The notes under the pieces: model-generated
Told to the model about the DNA's origin: nothing
Databases searched by the model: none
What the model saw: the letters and a program-made list of their open reading frames with translations, nothing else
Source: an uncultured bacterium
GTDB lineage: Bacteria > Verrucomicrobiota > Verrucomicrobiia > Verrucomicrobiales > DEV007
Length of the DNA: 64,000 nt
Reading direction: 5' to 3'
NCBI GenBank assembly: GCA_963977015.1
Contig: CAXBMO010000020.1
Span: 49,944 to 113,943 of the forward strand
In this document: in pieces, positions 9,411 to 19,600 of the stretch
Layout of the letters: each line of letters begins with the position of its first letter
Numbering within the stretch: position 1 is the first letter of the stretch
Position numbers and translations under genes: made by a program

Positions 9411-10799
9411 TTAATCGCGACGTGACCGCACCTGGAAATCGATCGGCAGCCCCGAAAGATCGAGCGCATCGCGCAGGGTGTTCTCGAGATAACGTTCGTA
9501 GGTTCGCGTGAGCAATTCCGCGTGGTTCACGAACAGAAGGAAACTCGGTGGAGAGATGGCACGGGGGCGGTCGCTCCGTTTCGTGGTCGCATAAAGCAGA
9601 TTGAGCCTGCGATTTTTGCGAACCGGAGCCGGATTTTTCTCGATCGCGTTTTTGAGCGTCCGGTTCAGTTCGCCGGTTCCGATGTGAGCCGACGAAGCGC
9701 GGCAAACCTGTTCGATCCCCCCGAAAATCTTGTTGAGGTATTGGCCTTTCTTCGCTGAAACAAACACGAGTGGCGCGTAATGGAGGAAAAACAATTCGGT
9801 CTCGACATGCTCCCGAAGTTCCTCGAGTCGCGCACTCTTGCTCCCGTCCGGATGATAGAGATCAAACTTGTTGAGAATGACGATACAGGGCTTGTGGTCT
9901 TCCAGGATCTTGCGGGCGATCTTGCGATCCATCGCCGTGACGCCGGTCGAAGCGTCGATCACGAGGAGACATAAGTCGGCGCGCCGAATGCTACGTTCAC
10001 TGCGCATCACACTGAAAATCTCGACCGAACTATCCTGCTTGGTGCGTCGGCGAATTCCGGCGGTGTCGATCAAGTTATAGTGGGTTCCGCCACGCTCGTA
10101 GGGGATATCGACCGAATCGCGTGTCGTTCCCGCGACGTCACTGACGATGGTCCGCTCGTCATTGAGAATCGCATTGATCAAACTGGATTTGCCGACGTTC
10201 GGGCGACCGACCATGGCAATGGATACCGGCGGGATCTCCTCATCTTTTTCCTCGGAATCCTCAACAGTTTCCGGCTTCCCAAATTGCTCGATCAGCTGCT
10301 GACCCAGATGCCGAATCAGCCCGTCCATGTTGCGACCGTGCTCCGCACTCACCGCGAACGGTTGGTCGAAACCGAGCCCGGCAAAATCCGTCACCGCGTT
10401 TTCGTGCTTCCGGTCATCGACCTTGTTGACGGCGAGCACGACCTCCACATGTGCCTTGCGAAGCACCTTCGCCAAATCGGAATCGACCGGGTGAATCCCG
10501 CTTTGGCCGTCGACGACGAAGAGAATCAAGTCGGCCGAATGAATCGCAATATCCGCCTCGGCGCGAACCTGCTCGCCAAATCCATCATCCAAAATCGCGC
10601 CAATTCCGCCGGTATCGATGACCTCGAACGGAATGGGTGACTTGGTGCACTCCGCGGTAATGCGATCGCGAGTCACGCCCGGCTGATCGTGAACGATGGC
10701 GATGCGTCTCCCGGCAAGCCGATTAAAAATCGCCGATTTGCCGACATTGGGACGGCCGACGATGGCGACGATGGGCTTTTTGATTTGGGAAGCAGACAT
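9411..10799 (-). CDS. der: Ribosome biogenesis GTPase Der (EngA)
   Basis: Two GRPNVGKS P-loops, GVTRD/GTTRD, DTGG/DTAG, NKVD/NKFD. Confidence 0.96.
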   Translation of the reverse strand: MSASQIKKPIVAIVGRPNVGKSAIFNRLAGRRIAIVHDQPGVTRDRITAECTKSPIPFEVIDTGGIGAILDDGFGEQVRAEADIAIHSADLILFVVDGQSGIHPVDSDLAKVLRKAHVEVVLAVNKVDDRKHENAVTDFAGLGFDQPFAVSAEHGRNMDGLIRHLGQQLIEQFGKPETVEDSEEKDEEIPPVSIAMVGRPNVGKSSLINAILNDERTIVSDVAGTTRDSVDIPYERGGTHYNLIDTAGIRRRTKQDSSVEIFSVMRSERSIRRADLCLLVIDASTGVTAMDRKIARKILEDHKPCIVILNKFDLYHPDGSKSARLEELREHVETELFFLHYAPLVFVSAKKGQYLNKIFGGIEQVCRASSAHIGTGELNRTLKNAIEKNPAPVRKNRRLNLLYATTKRSDRPRAISPPSFLLFVNHAELLTRTYERYLENTLRDALDLSGLPIDFQVRSRRD

Positions 10800-10952
10800 G
10801 GCAACGAGAGGAAACCCACACAAACGCGGCATTCGGCAAAATCTCAATCAATCATTCATGCGTTCTGAATTCAGCGGGCATTGATTTTGGCCGTTCATCT
10901 TGCGCGCGGCGTGAACGCGAGCAGATTTACGATAAACCTCACCGCTCCGAGA

Positions 10953-11432
10953 ATGTCCAAGAAACCCACCGTTGGCGAACCCGCCCCACCGTTCACCGCG
11001 CCAGTCGTTGGTGGCGAATACGGCGATGACGCGACGCTGAGCCTCGCCGATTTGGCCGGAGAGACCGTTGTGCTCTATTTTTATCCCAGAGACAACACGC
11101 CCGGTTGCACGATCCAGGCCTGCGGGCTGCGCGACAATTGGGAGGCGGTCTCGGCCAAAGCGAAAGTCTTTGGCGTCAGCACGGACAGCATTGAGAGCCA
11201 CAAAGCCTTCATCGAACGCAAAAAACTCCCGTTCCCCCTCATCAGCGACACCGAAAAGGTGGTGGTTCGCGCCTACGGAGTCTGGTCGGACAAAAGCCTG
11301 CTGGGAAGATTGGGTTTGGGGACCGAACGCGCGACCTTCATCATCGCGCCCGATCAAACCATCAAAGCCGCCTTTCCCAAAGTCGGTCCGGTCGGTCACG
11401 TTGCGAAAATTCTGGCCGCGATCGAAGCCTAG
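10953..11432 (+). CDS. bcp: Peroxiredoxin, BCP/PrxQ family
   Basis: LYFYPRDNTPGCTIQAC (CxxxxC), GVSTD, ERATF. Confidence 0.9.
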   Translation: MSKKPTVGEPAPPFTAPVVGGEYGDDATLSLADLAGETVVLYFYPRDNTPGCTIQACGLRDNWEAVSAKAKVFGVSTDSIESHKAFIERKKLPFPLISDTEKVVVRAYGVWSDKSLLGRLGLGTERATFIIAPDQTIKAAFPKVGPVGHVAKILAAIEA

Positions 11433-11606
11433 CCGGTTTTCCGTGAGTCAATCGGCTCCTTGTCGTGCTTGCTCAGCGCTGGAAGCAGCGATTCTTTGCT
11501 TGCGCCTCGAGGGTTGGGTGCTCTGCTAGGGTAAATAATTTGGCAGTATTGATTGTTCGATGATGCCAGATTTTCAACCTTCACGGCATCCCTCCAACCA
11601 ACCTCG

Positions 11607-12899
11607 ATGACACCATCCACCCTTGCCCAGAGCATCGCTCTTTCCATCCTGATGGTTTGTCTGTCGAGTTGCGCCCAACTCTACAAAATCACCCAACCCC
11701 ACACGCAGAAGGATCATCCCCTCTCGGAATTGGGGCTTCGCAAGGTCATTGCTGGTCCCAATGATCGCGGCAGAATCGAAGGAAGCGAATTCAACCTGCA
11801 AGCGCCCAATCCTCTCGATAAAGGACGCCCGACTTACCTGATTCTCCAAATCGACGGCGGCGGAATCATGGGCATCACCCCGGCCAAACTCATCGCGAAG
11901 ATCGAGGGCGAACTCCAGAAACGTGGCGGTTTCGGTCAAGGCAAGCTGCGCGACGTCACGTCCGTCTGCAGCGGAACCAGCACCGGCGCCATCATTGCCG
12001 GAGCGATCACCGCCGGCGTTCCCGGAGAGAAGATCAGCCAGTTTTACTACGAAGACGGCTATCAACTCTTTCGCAAGGAAGGCCGCCAACCTCTCTACCC
12101 GGCTCTGCATTACAAATTCGACCGCCGGGCATTCCAGGCCAAGATGCTGGAAACTCTGGAGGCCTACTCCGACTACCCGCCAACCGTCCGCATGCAGGAA
12201 CTGCAGAACGGCCCGCTCGTGATTCTCGCCGCCTATGATCTCGTTCAGAAACAAACCATTTTTCTCCGCAATCGCGGTCAATTGGGCGCCCCGATTCCTC
12301 CCGGCCAGGACCTTCAATTGATCGACGCGATCAGTGCTTCGGCGCTCAATGCTCCGGTCATGTTTGGCAAGCTCGGCGCTCCGGACGTCGTCACCCCGCA
12401 TCTCAATGCGGACGGAACCGGTTACCACGTCAAAGGCGCGATCTTTGCCGATGGTGGTCAGGGGACGCAAAACAGCACGATTGGTCTGGCGGCGATCGAG
12501 GGACTCGAAATCCTCAAGGCGCATCCCGGCTCCCAGGTCGTCGTCATCTCCCTCGGCAGCGGCAACAACTTCGAAGAACGCGATTTCAACCAAACGATGC
12601 AACTCTGGGGATTCCAGCAGTTAACCGACTACCTCCTTCGCAATCAGGCGCGGAACGAAGCGGTTCAATTGCAATGGATGGCCGTTCGCCACATGGCGGC
12701 GATCGTCGACGGGTTGGAGGTGTTTCGGTTTGATTGGAACCACACGAACACCAAAGACGCCACCTCCTTCTCCGTCACACCGAAGCAGCGCGACTGGCTC
12801 AGCGCAAAAGCCGACGAGATCGCGGAACGTCCCGACTTTCGTCAGCTGATGGACGATCTCAGCGACGACCGGCTTGTCCTGAAACAGCATCGCTCGTGA
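11607..12899 (+). CDS. Patatin-like phospholipase, predicted lipoprotein
   Basis: DGGGIMG, GTSTG nucleophile elbow, DGG, ISLGSG; lipobox-like LSSC after a hydrophobic stretch. Confidence 0.8.
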   Translation: MTPSTLAQSIALSILMVCLSSCAQLYKITQPHTQKDHPLSELGLRKVIAGPNDRGRIEGSEFNLQAPNPLDKGRPTYLILQIDGGGIMGITPAKLIAKIEGELQKRGGFGQGKLRDVTSVCSGTSTGAIIAGAITAGVPGEKISQFYYEDGYQLFRKEGRQPLYPALHYKFDRRAFQAKMLETLEAYSDYPPTVRMQELQNGPLVILAAYDLVQKQTIFLRNRGQLGAPIPPGQDLQLIDAISASALNAPVMFGKLGAPDVVTPHLNADGTGYHVKGAIFADGGQGTQNSTIGLAAIEGLEILKAHPGSQVVVISLGSGNNFEERDFNQTMQLWGFQQLTDYLLRNQARNEAVQLQWMAVRHMAAIVDGLEVFRFDWNHTNTKDATSFSVTPKQRDWLSAKADEIAERPDFRQLMDDLSDDRLVLKQHRS

Positions 12900-13311
12900 T
12901 CGCTTCGCGGAAAATCCTCCGGAAGTAATCTTCCAGCTTTTGGGCAAAAAATTCCGGGTCGGAACCAAACACCTCAACCCGGTAAATCGTGCCTGGCTCC
13001 TCGAGCTTGGAAAAATACCGATGGCTCAACGAACGGCCGAACTCCAACCACGGTTCCGCCAATTCGCAGCCTTGCGGCAACAACTCGCACTCGGACAGAG
13101 GCAAAACCGGCCGCCATTCGCCCTTCTGCGCCTCCATTCCGTCTGATTGCAGGTAAAACGACCGCAGCGAGCGCGGAAGCCGAACCTCGTTGCGAGATTC
13201 CCAATCGGACAATGGCTCCTCAGCAAGCGAAGCGAAGAACGTGACGTCCATTTTGGCCACTTTCGCCGGGGGCAACTCGGTCAATTCAATGAGGAAAGGC
13301 TTCCAGTTCAT
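12859..13311 (-). CDS. SMI1/KNR4 (SUKH) family protein
   Basis: LSDWESRNEVRLPRSLRSFYLQSDG matches the SUKH N-terminal pattern. Confidence 0.7.
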   Translation of the reverse strand: MNWKPFLIELTELPPAKVAKMDVTFFASLAEEPLSDWESRNEVRLPRSLRSFYLQSDGMEAQKGEWRPVLPLSECELLPQGCELAEPWLEFGRSLSHRYFSKLEEPGTIYRVEVFGSDPEFFAQKLEDYFRRIFREAITSDAVSGQAGRR

Positions 13312-13415
13312 CGCGGCAAAAGGTAGTCACCCTATGAGTTTTGCAAACCCGCGGTCGAAATCGCCGCGTTTCCTGCTTTGCCTCGCCCAAAACCTGGCGA
13401 AAGTCTCGACCACTC

Positions 13416-14756
13416 GTGACCCAAACCGACCTCCAACAGCTTTTCGCCGAAATCAACCTGACCCCGAGCCGCAAACTCGGCCAGAATTTCCTGATCGACC
13501 AGAACGTGTCCGCCTGGATTGCGCGTCAACTGGAGGTCGAGAAGGACGATACCGTGGTTGAGGTCGGTCCCGGGGCGGGCTCCTTGACGCGAGAGATTCT
13601 CGAACGCACCGAGAATCTGGTTCTGGTGGAGATGGATGGGCGGCTCGCCCGGTTTTTGACTCACCACCTGCGCGAACGTCCCAAGGTCGAAATTCACAAT
13701 GCCGACGCCTGCCAATTTGATGCTCGAACCCTTTTCCCTCGCCAACCCGTCAAGCTGATCGGCAACCTCCCCTACTCCGCCGGCGGCGCCATCGTCAAGA
13801 ATTTCCTCGGCGCCCATTCGCCCGTCACCGAAGCGGTGCTGATGTTGCAACGCGAAGTCGCGGAACGGATTTGCGCGAAACCGCGAACCAAGGACTTCGG
13901 CGTGCTGACCCTGCGCGTTCAAGCGCGTTGGGTGCCCAAAATCCTCAAGCACATCGGCCCGGAATGCTTCTTCCCGCGTCCCCAGATTGATTCCACCGTG
14001 ATGCGGATGACGCCGCGCTCTCCCGGAGATCTTCCGGTCTACGACCAGCGGCTGTTCGACTCGACCATTCGTCGCGGGTTTTCCCAGCGTCGGAAGCAAC
14101 TTCGCAAATGTCTCAATCTCGAGTCCGACAAGTGGAAGGAAATCGTCGAGAAACTGGAGCTCAACGAAACCGCCCGCGCCGAAGAATTGAGCTTGGAGCA
14201 ATGGATCGACCTGACCAACCTGCTCGACGAACATCCGCTCAAGGACAACCCGCAAAGTGGCGACGAACTCTTCGATGTCGTCGATGACAACAACCAGGTT
14301 ACCGGTCAGGCACCACGGGCGCAGGTTCACGCGGAAGGCCTCAAGCATCGCGCGACCCACATCTTCCTCTTCAACCCGGCTGGCGAGATTTTTCTGCAAA
14401 AACGCAGCCGCCTCAAAGACGTCCATCCCGGAGCCTGGGATTCCAGCGCCGCCGGCCACCTCGACGCGGGCGAAGACTACGAATCCGCCGCCGCCCGCGA
14501 AATCGTCGAAGAACTCGGCCTCGAAGCCGAATTGGATTTTGTCACCGAACTCCCACCCAGCGAAGCGAACGGCCAGGAATTCATCCACCTCTTCCGCGCC
14601 ACCTCCAAAGCCAAGCCCAAGTGGCCGGCGAGCGAAATCGAGTTCGGCCAGTTTTTCCCAACTGAAGTCGTCGATGACTGGATCGCAGCCCGTCCCCAAG
14701 ACTTTGCGGGCGGATTTTTGGAATGTTGGGCGGCGCTAAAAAGTGACTGCCCTTGA
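13416..14756 (+). CDS. rsmA: 16S rRNA m6,2A dimethyltransferase RsmA/KsgA fused to a C-terminal Nudix domain
   Basis: LGQNFL, VEVGPGAG, GNLPY, QREVAER, FFPRPQIDS; then Nudix box GHLDAGEDYESAAAREIVEELG in the same frame. Confidence 0.92.
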   Translation: MTQTDLQQLFAEINLTPSRKLGQNFLIDQNVSAWIARQLEVEKDDTVVEVGPGAGSLTREILERTENLVLVEMDGRLARFLTHHLRERPKVEIHNADACQFDARTLFPRQPVKLIGNLPYSAGGAIVKNFLGAHSPVTEAVLMLQREVAERICAKPRTKDFGVLTLRVQARWVPKILKHIGPECFFPRPQIDSTVMRMTPRSPGDLPVYDQRLFDSTIRRGFSQRRKQLRKCLNLESDKWKEIVEKLELNETARAEELSLEQWIDLTNLLDEHPLKDNPQSGDELFDVVDDNNQVTGQAPRAQVHAEGLKHRATHIFLFNPAGEIFLQKRSRLKDVHPGAWDSSAAGHLDAGEDYESAAAREIVEELGLEAELDFVTELPPSEANGQEFIHLFRATSKAKPKWPASEIEFGQFFPTEVVDDWIAARPQDFAGGFLECWAALKSDCP

Positions 14757-14839
14757 TCGATCTGAGACCTCAAACACGATTGACGAATCAGGAAGGCTAT
14801 CGAACAACCTTTATGCATTCGGTCGAATCTAAACCCCGG

Positions 14840-15141
14840 CTAAAGGGCTAACCATTGGCGAACGGCGTCCTCTAATTTGAAGAGAGTCTCTGCGTCAAGA
14901 TCTGCCAGCTTTCGGTGCATTTTAGACCGTGGGACCGTGCCAATCGACTGTGGATCGAAACATCCCGGCTTAAAGTTACGCGCCTTGTGCTCGATTTCGA
15001 ATCGAGTTCCCCAGACCGAAGTTGTCCGTGGAACATAGGTTACCAATGCCCGTTCGTGATCTTGGTATTCAACGCTAAGCCGCCGGCCTTACCTTCTGCG
15101 CCATCCCCAAATCCACCATCCAGATCTCCCCCCCGCTTCAT
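14840..15141 (-). pseudogene. PemK/MazF-like toxin with two frameshifts
   Basis: Three frames join as MKRG / EIWMVDLGMAQKVRPA / LSVEYQDHERALVTYVPRTT...LEDAVRQWLAL; the first shift is in a 7-G run (plus-strand C run 15128-15134). Confidence 0.75.
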
Positions 15142-15145
15142 TCTA

Positions 15146-15319
15146 TCAATCTCCCAACCACTGAGACTCGGAATCGTCTTCCTCGGCATCAAGAGCCGCA
15201 AACGTTTCTGCGGACGCGGCGATGGTGGCCTGATAACCATCGAGCCACCTCGCTAGCTTCTCGACTTCGTCTGAAGGCAGTTTCTCGATCGCGTCTTCAA
15301 TCTCGACCAACGTACTCAT
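15146..15319 (-). CDS. Putative 57-aa antitoxin (below the ORF-track cutoff)
   Basis: MSTLVEIEDAIEKLPSDEVEKLARWLDGYQATIAASAETFAALDAEEDDSESQWLGD; acidic; stop lies 4 nt before the toxin ATG. Confidence 0.7.
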   Translation of the reverse strand: MSTLVEIEDAIEKLPSDEVEKLARWLDGYQATIAASAETFAALDAEEDDSESQWLGD

Positions 15320-15324
15320 TCTTC

Positions 15325-15353
15325 AAACTAGGCGGACACCACACAACCGTCAA
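15325..15353 (-). promoter_or_regulatory. Putative sigma70-type promoter giving a leaderless antitoxin transcript
   Basis: Minus strand: TTGACG, 17 nt, TAGTTT, 5 nt, ATG; no SD sequence. Confidence 0.55.
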
Positions 15354-15362
15354 ATCTGTCGT

Positions 15363-15902
15363 CTAAAGCCCCGGCAACCCGTCCAAACTCTCCGCATTCC
15401 TCGTCCGCTGGTATTCGGCGACGCCTTCCTCCCCTTTTTTCTCCGCCCATTGCAACAACGTGTCGCGATCTTCGACATACTCGTAGCGCGGCACGGCATA
15501 GCCACAGGAATCACTGATTCGCGTCACATCGATTTTGATGATGGAACGAATCCCAGCCATCTCCGGGAAGTGCGCCATCAGTTCATCGAAGCCTGGTTCA
15601 CCCGGTGTTACCGCCTCCCCTTTCCCGTGAAAGCGCACAATGTTGGGCCCGCCTTTGAACGCGCAAAACATAATGACGATGCGCCCGTTCTCCTTGAGAT
15701 GGGCCAGCGTCTCGATTCCACTTCCGGTCAGATCGAGGTAGGCCACCTGGTTGGGGCCGAGAATGCGAAAGGAATCCAACCCTTTCGGCGAACAGTTGAT
15801 GAACCCATCTTCACTCAGCGGCGCGGTTGAAACGAAGAACATGTGTTGCTCGCCAACCCACTTGGCCAGCTTCTCGTCGATGTGTTCGTGGACTTTTCCC
15901 AT
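15363..15902 (-). CDS. Pyridoxamine 5'-phosphate oxidase family (FMN-binding split barrel) protein
   Basis: MFFVSTAP, NCSPKG, DLTGSGIETLAH, IMFCAF, SCGYAVP. Confidence 0.85.
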   Translation of the reverse strand: MGKVHEHIDEKLAKWVGEQHMFFVSTAPLSEDGFINCSPKGLDSFRILGPNQVAYLDLTGSGIETLAHLKENGRIVIMFCAFKGGPNIVRFHGKGEAVTPGEPGFDELMAHFPEMAGIRSIIKIDVTRISDSCGYAVPRYEYVEDRDTLLQWAEKKGEEGVAEYQRTRNAESLDGLPGL

Positions 15903-16091
15903 AATTTTTTCGATCATCCTCCGCCGTCCTTCCCAAAAACCAAACCGGGGTTTTCTCTTTTTTCATTTTTGTTCTAAGTTCTATCCGGCAGGCGTGTCCC
16001 CTCTTTTGAACCCGTATGAGGACGACCCGCTGTGCTTCAGGCTCAACCCCAACTTGCAAACCGCTCTGCATCGCTCGTGAAACCCATCCCG

Positions 16092-16643
16092 ATGCCAAAA
16101 ACCGACAGCCCCGATAAACCGAAGGGCGCGACGGAGCGGGAACTGGTTTCGCTCAGCGCCCTGTTCGCCAGCGAGGAATCTCCGCTCCTGCGTTATGCTT
16201 TTTCGCTCGTGGGAAGGCGTGCCGTCGCCGAGGACCTCGTCCAGGAAGTCTTTCTCCAGCTTCATCGCCATTGGAGCGAAGTCGAGAATCCCCGCGCCTG
16301 GCTTTATCGCAGCGTTCGCAACCGGTCCTACAACTACAACCGCGATCACAAAAAGGAGGTGTTGACCGATGAGACGGAGGACTCGTCGGATCCCCAATCG
16401 GCCAAAACCCCGGACGAAGAACTCAGCCGGATGGAAGCGGCCGGTTTTCTCCGCCAATCCATGGCGGATCTGCCAGAGGGCGATCGCCAGCTCGTTCAGC
16501 TCAAGTACTTCGAGGATATGAAGTATGCCGAGATCGCCGAACAGACCGGCCTCAGCGTCAGCAACGTGGGTTATCGCCTGCATCACATCTTAAAGCAGCT
16601 CGCAGGCAAGCTGCGTCAACTTGGAATCGAGGGCACCTCATGA
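16092..16643 (+). CDS. ECF RNA polymerase sigma factor
   Basis: Region 2 AEDLVQEVFL...RAWLYRSVRN and region 4 YAEIAEQTGLSVSNVGYRL; start uncertain (16077 or 16092). Confidence 0.92.
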   Translation: MPKTDSPDKPKGATERELVSLSALFASEESPLLRYAFSLVGRRAVAEDLVQEVFLQLHRHWSEVENPRAWLYRSVRNRSYNYNRDHKKEVLTDETEDSSDPQSAKTPDEELSRMEAAGFLRQSMADLPEGDRQLVQLKYFEDMKYAEIAEQTGLSVSNVGYRLHHILKQLAGKLRQLGIEGTS

Positions 16644-19600
16644 AAGACGATCCGAATCAGAATTTGGAACCGAATTTGGAAACCTGGATCGAGCCCGAAC
16701 TGGAGGCGCGAATCGTCGCCCTCGTCTTGGGCGAAGCATCCGACTTCGAGCGCGAAGAACTGGAACGCCTCATCGCCGAGAAGCCTGAATTGGCGCTGTT
16801 TCGCGATCGCATTGCGTCCACCCACGAACTCTTGTCTGAGGTGGCCTCGGGAAAGGGTGAAGCCGCAGAGTGGAAACTTTCCGCCGAGCGGCGGAAAACC
16901 GTGTTGGACGTGGTCTCAACCACTCCCCCGATGAAGCAGCCGGATGCGCCGGTCGCGATTTCGAAACAAAAGTCCGGAAAGCCATGGGTTCGCTGGGTTT
17001 CCTTGGCTGCCGCAGCCTGTTTTATCGGGCTTCTCACCTTGAGTGTGTTTTTGCCCACCGGGCATCCAATCATGAAGCAGGCGAGGTCAATGGACGTCGC
17101 CACAAATGCGGAATCGATGCCGGAATTCGAAAGGGATTCTTCTTCCCTATCCCGCCAACCGACCGACCTCGGCGCCACCTCTTCCAGCATTTACAGTTTC
17201 GCCGGTGAGGCTGAAAAATCGGCCATACAACTCGCGGAGAACGAACCTGCACCGATCGAGATGGCCAAAAACACCGTTCCGGCCCGATCCTCCCTCGAAT
17301 CGCTTCGCCAAACCATGAGCGAAAGCGTGATCGTGGATGCATCGAGCCCCACTTCAGGCATTGCACAGGGAACTCGCTTGTTCGAGAAAAGCAGCCGTGA
17401 CGGAATCCATTCTTCAGGGACCGTCGATGCATTTGGCTCCTCTGGAGAGGAAATCGATGCCGTTGCCGACGGTTCGATCAACGTTGGGGGAAGGATTGCC
17501 GGGATCTCCAAGTCTGGAAGTAAAGCAAACGCTTCGAGCTCCGATCGAAATGCCGATGACGAACTTCATGGCGGCGCTTCACTCTCCCTGGACTGGGACT
17601 CTGATGAAACCGTTGATGGCGCGTTCTTGAATGGCGCGAAGGCTGACCACTCTCGAAAACTTCTTCGCGACGAACGCAGCAGCCGGGAGATGCCCGCTCA
17701 AGATTCCTTTGCGGACCTTGGTCAATCCGATCTGAACAGCCTGGCTGCGAGGCCAACAACACCGTCCTCACGCGTCGCCAAGCCTCGGCCAAGCGCCGCC
17801 CCCGCAGCACCCACCCCAGCTCCCAGGTTTGAGGAGGAGACAGAAGCGGACGTCGCAATGCCGGCCCCAGTCACAGCTTCTCCAAAGCCAACGTTCGGAT
17901 TCCGGGGCGGAAATGGTGGCGGCATTGGAGGAGGCGCCGCCCCTGACGAACCGTTTGCCGAAATGCCCGTCGCCCAAGGGGATCAAACTCTCGAAATGAA
18001 AAAAGACGGCGACCCCTTCGGGATGGTTCCCCAGGAGCCGCAACCACATGCCGTCGAGCGCCAGTCCCCGGATGGAGCCAGCGCGTTTCGCCGTCTCGCC
18101 GAACGAGACAACGCTCCCCAAAGTGAATCGAAACCGGCTCCGGGTCACGGCCAAGTCGCCAACTTTAAAGAACGTTCTCTCGGGCTGGGAAACGCGATCC
18201 CGGAACAACCCGGAAACGCCCAAGGCCCAGCCATTCAGAACCGCGGCTCCATCCGAGCACTGGGAAATGAATCAGGTGGACACATTGTCGTTGAGGAAAG
18301 GATGAAACGAGAATCCATCCTTAAGAAGCAAAGTCCCCCTGCCGCCAAGCAAGCAAAGGCCAAAAAAATGCCGCAACGGCAAAGCGACAAGTTGGCGATG
18401 GAAGGGATGGACCGCGCGAAAGACGAGTTCAGCCGCAAGGAGCCTTCCCTCGAAGATACGGAGACCGCGGATGGCAAGTCTCTCTCCCTCGACACGAATA
18501 TCCCTTTGTCGATGATCAAACTTTCCGAAGCGAAAAGCCCGCCTCAAAAAGTCACTTTCCCGGAAGAAACTGCGGCCAAGAATCCGTTCTCCACCTTCTC
18601 CCTCCACGTCAGCGACGTCTCCTTCAAGCTCGCCCAGGAAGCTCTCGCAAAGGGCACGTGGCCGGACCGGGAGCGGATCCGCGTCGAGGAATTCGTCAAC
18701 GCGTTCGACTATGGCGACCCGATGCCAAGCCAGGCGGAGAAGGTGGCCGCAAACCAGGAACAGGCGATCCATCCCTTTCTTCAGCAACGCAATTTGCTTC
18801 GGATCGCGATGCGAACGGCCGCCGCGGGCCGGGCCGGACAAACGCCGCTTCGCCTCACCATTCTGCTCGATAAGTCTGGGTCGATGGAACGTCCCGACCG
18901 TGTCGCGACGGTCGACCGCGCCTTCACCCAACTTGTCGGGCAACTGTTCCCGAGCGATCAAGTGACGTTGCTGAGCTTCGCTCGCCAACCGCGACTCCTG
19001 GCTGATCAAGCGAGCGGCGCCGAGCTGACTCAGTTAGCCAATCTCGCAGAGCAAACCCCCACCGAAGGCGGGACGAACCTTGAGGCAGCGCTGCAACTGG
19101 CCTTCGAAAAAGCGGAACAACAGAAGCTGATCGGTGCTCAAAACCGGATTGTGCTCATCACCGACGGAGCGGCCAATCTCGGCGACGCCGATCCGGCTCA
19201 GCTTTCCCGGATGATCGAAACCATTCGCGATCGTGGCATTGCCTTCGATGCGGCTGGCGTGGGTGCAGAAGGCTTGAACGACGAGATTCTGGAAGCGTTG
19301 ACCCGCAAAGGTGACGGTCGCTACTATCTGCTGAGCCGCCCGGAAGACGCGGAGGATGGCTTTGCCAAGCAGATCGCCGGAGCGCTGCGTCCCGCGGCGA
19401 AAAACGTCAAAATCCAGGTGGAGTTCAATCCCGAGCGCGTCGGACGCTACAAACTGATCGGGTTCGAAAAGCATCGCCTGAAGAAGGAGGACTTCCGCAA
19501 TGACAAAGTCGATGCCGCGGAAATGGCGGCCGAGGAAGCCGGGGTCGCCCTTTACCAGATTGAGCCGCTTCCCAATGGTTCCGGCGATATTGGCTCCGTC

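Noticed and set aside
15128-15134. Phase variation of the MazF-like toxin through the G7 tract
   Set aside because: A second independent frameshift downstream means slippage alone cannot restore a proper toxin.
16016-16117. 33-aa Cys-containing ORF overlapping the ECF sigma start
   Set aside because: No SD or recognisable motif; cannot be distinguished from a chance ORF.
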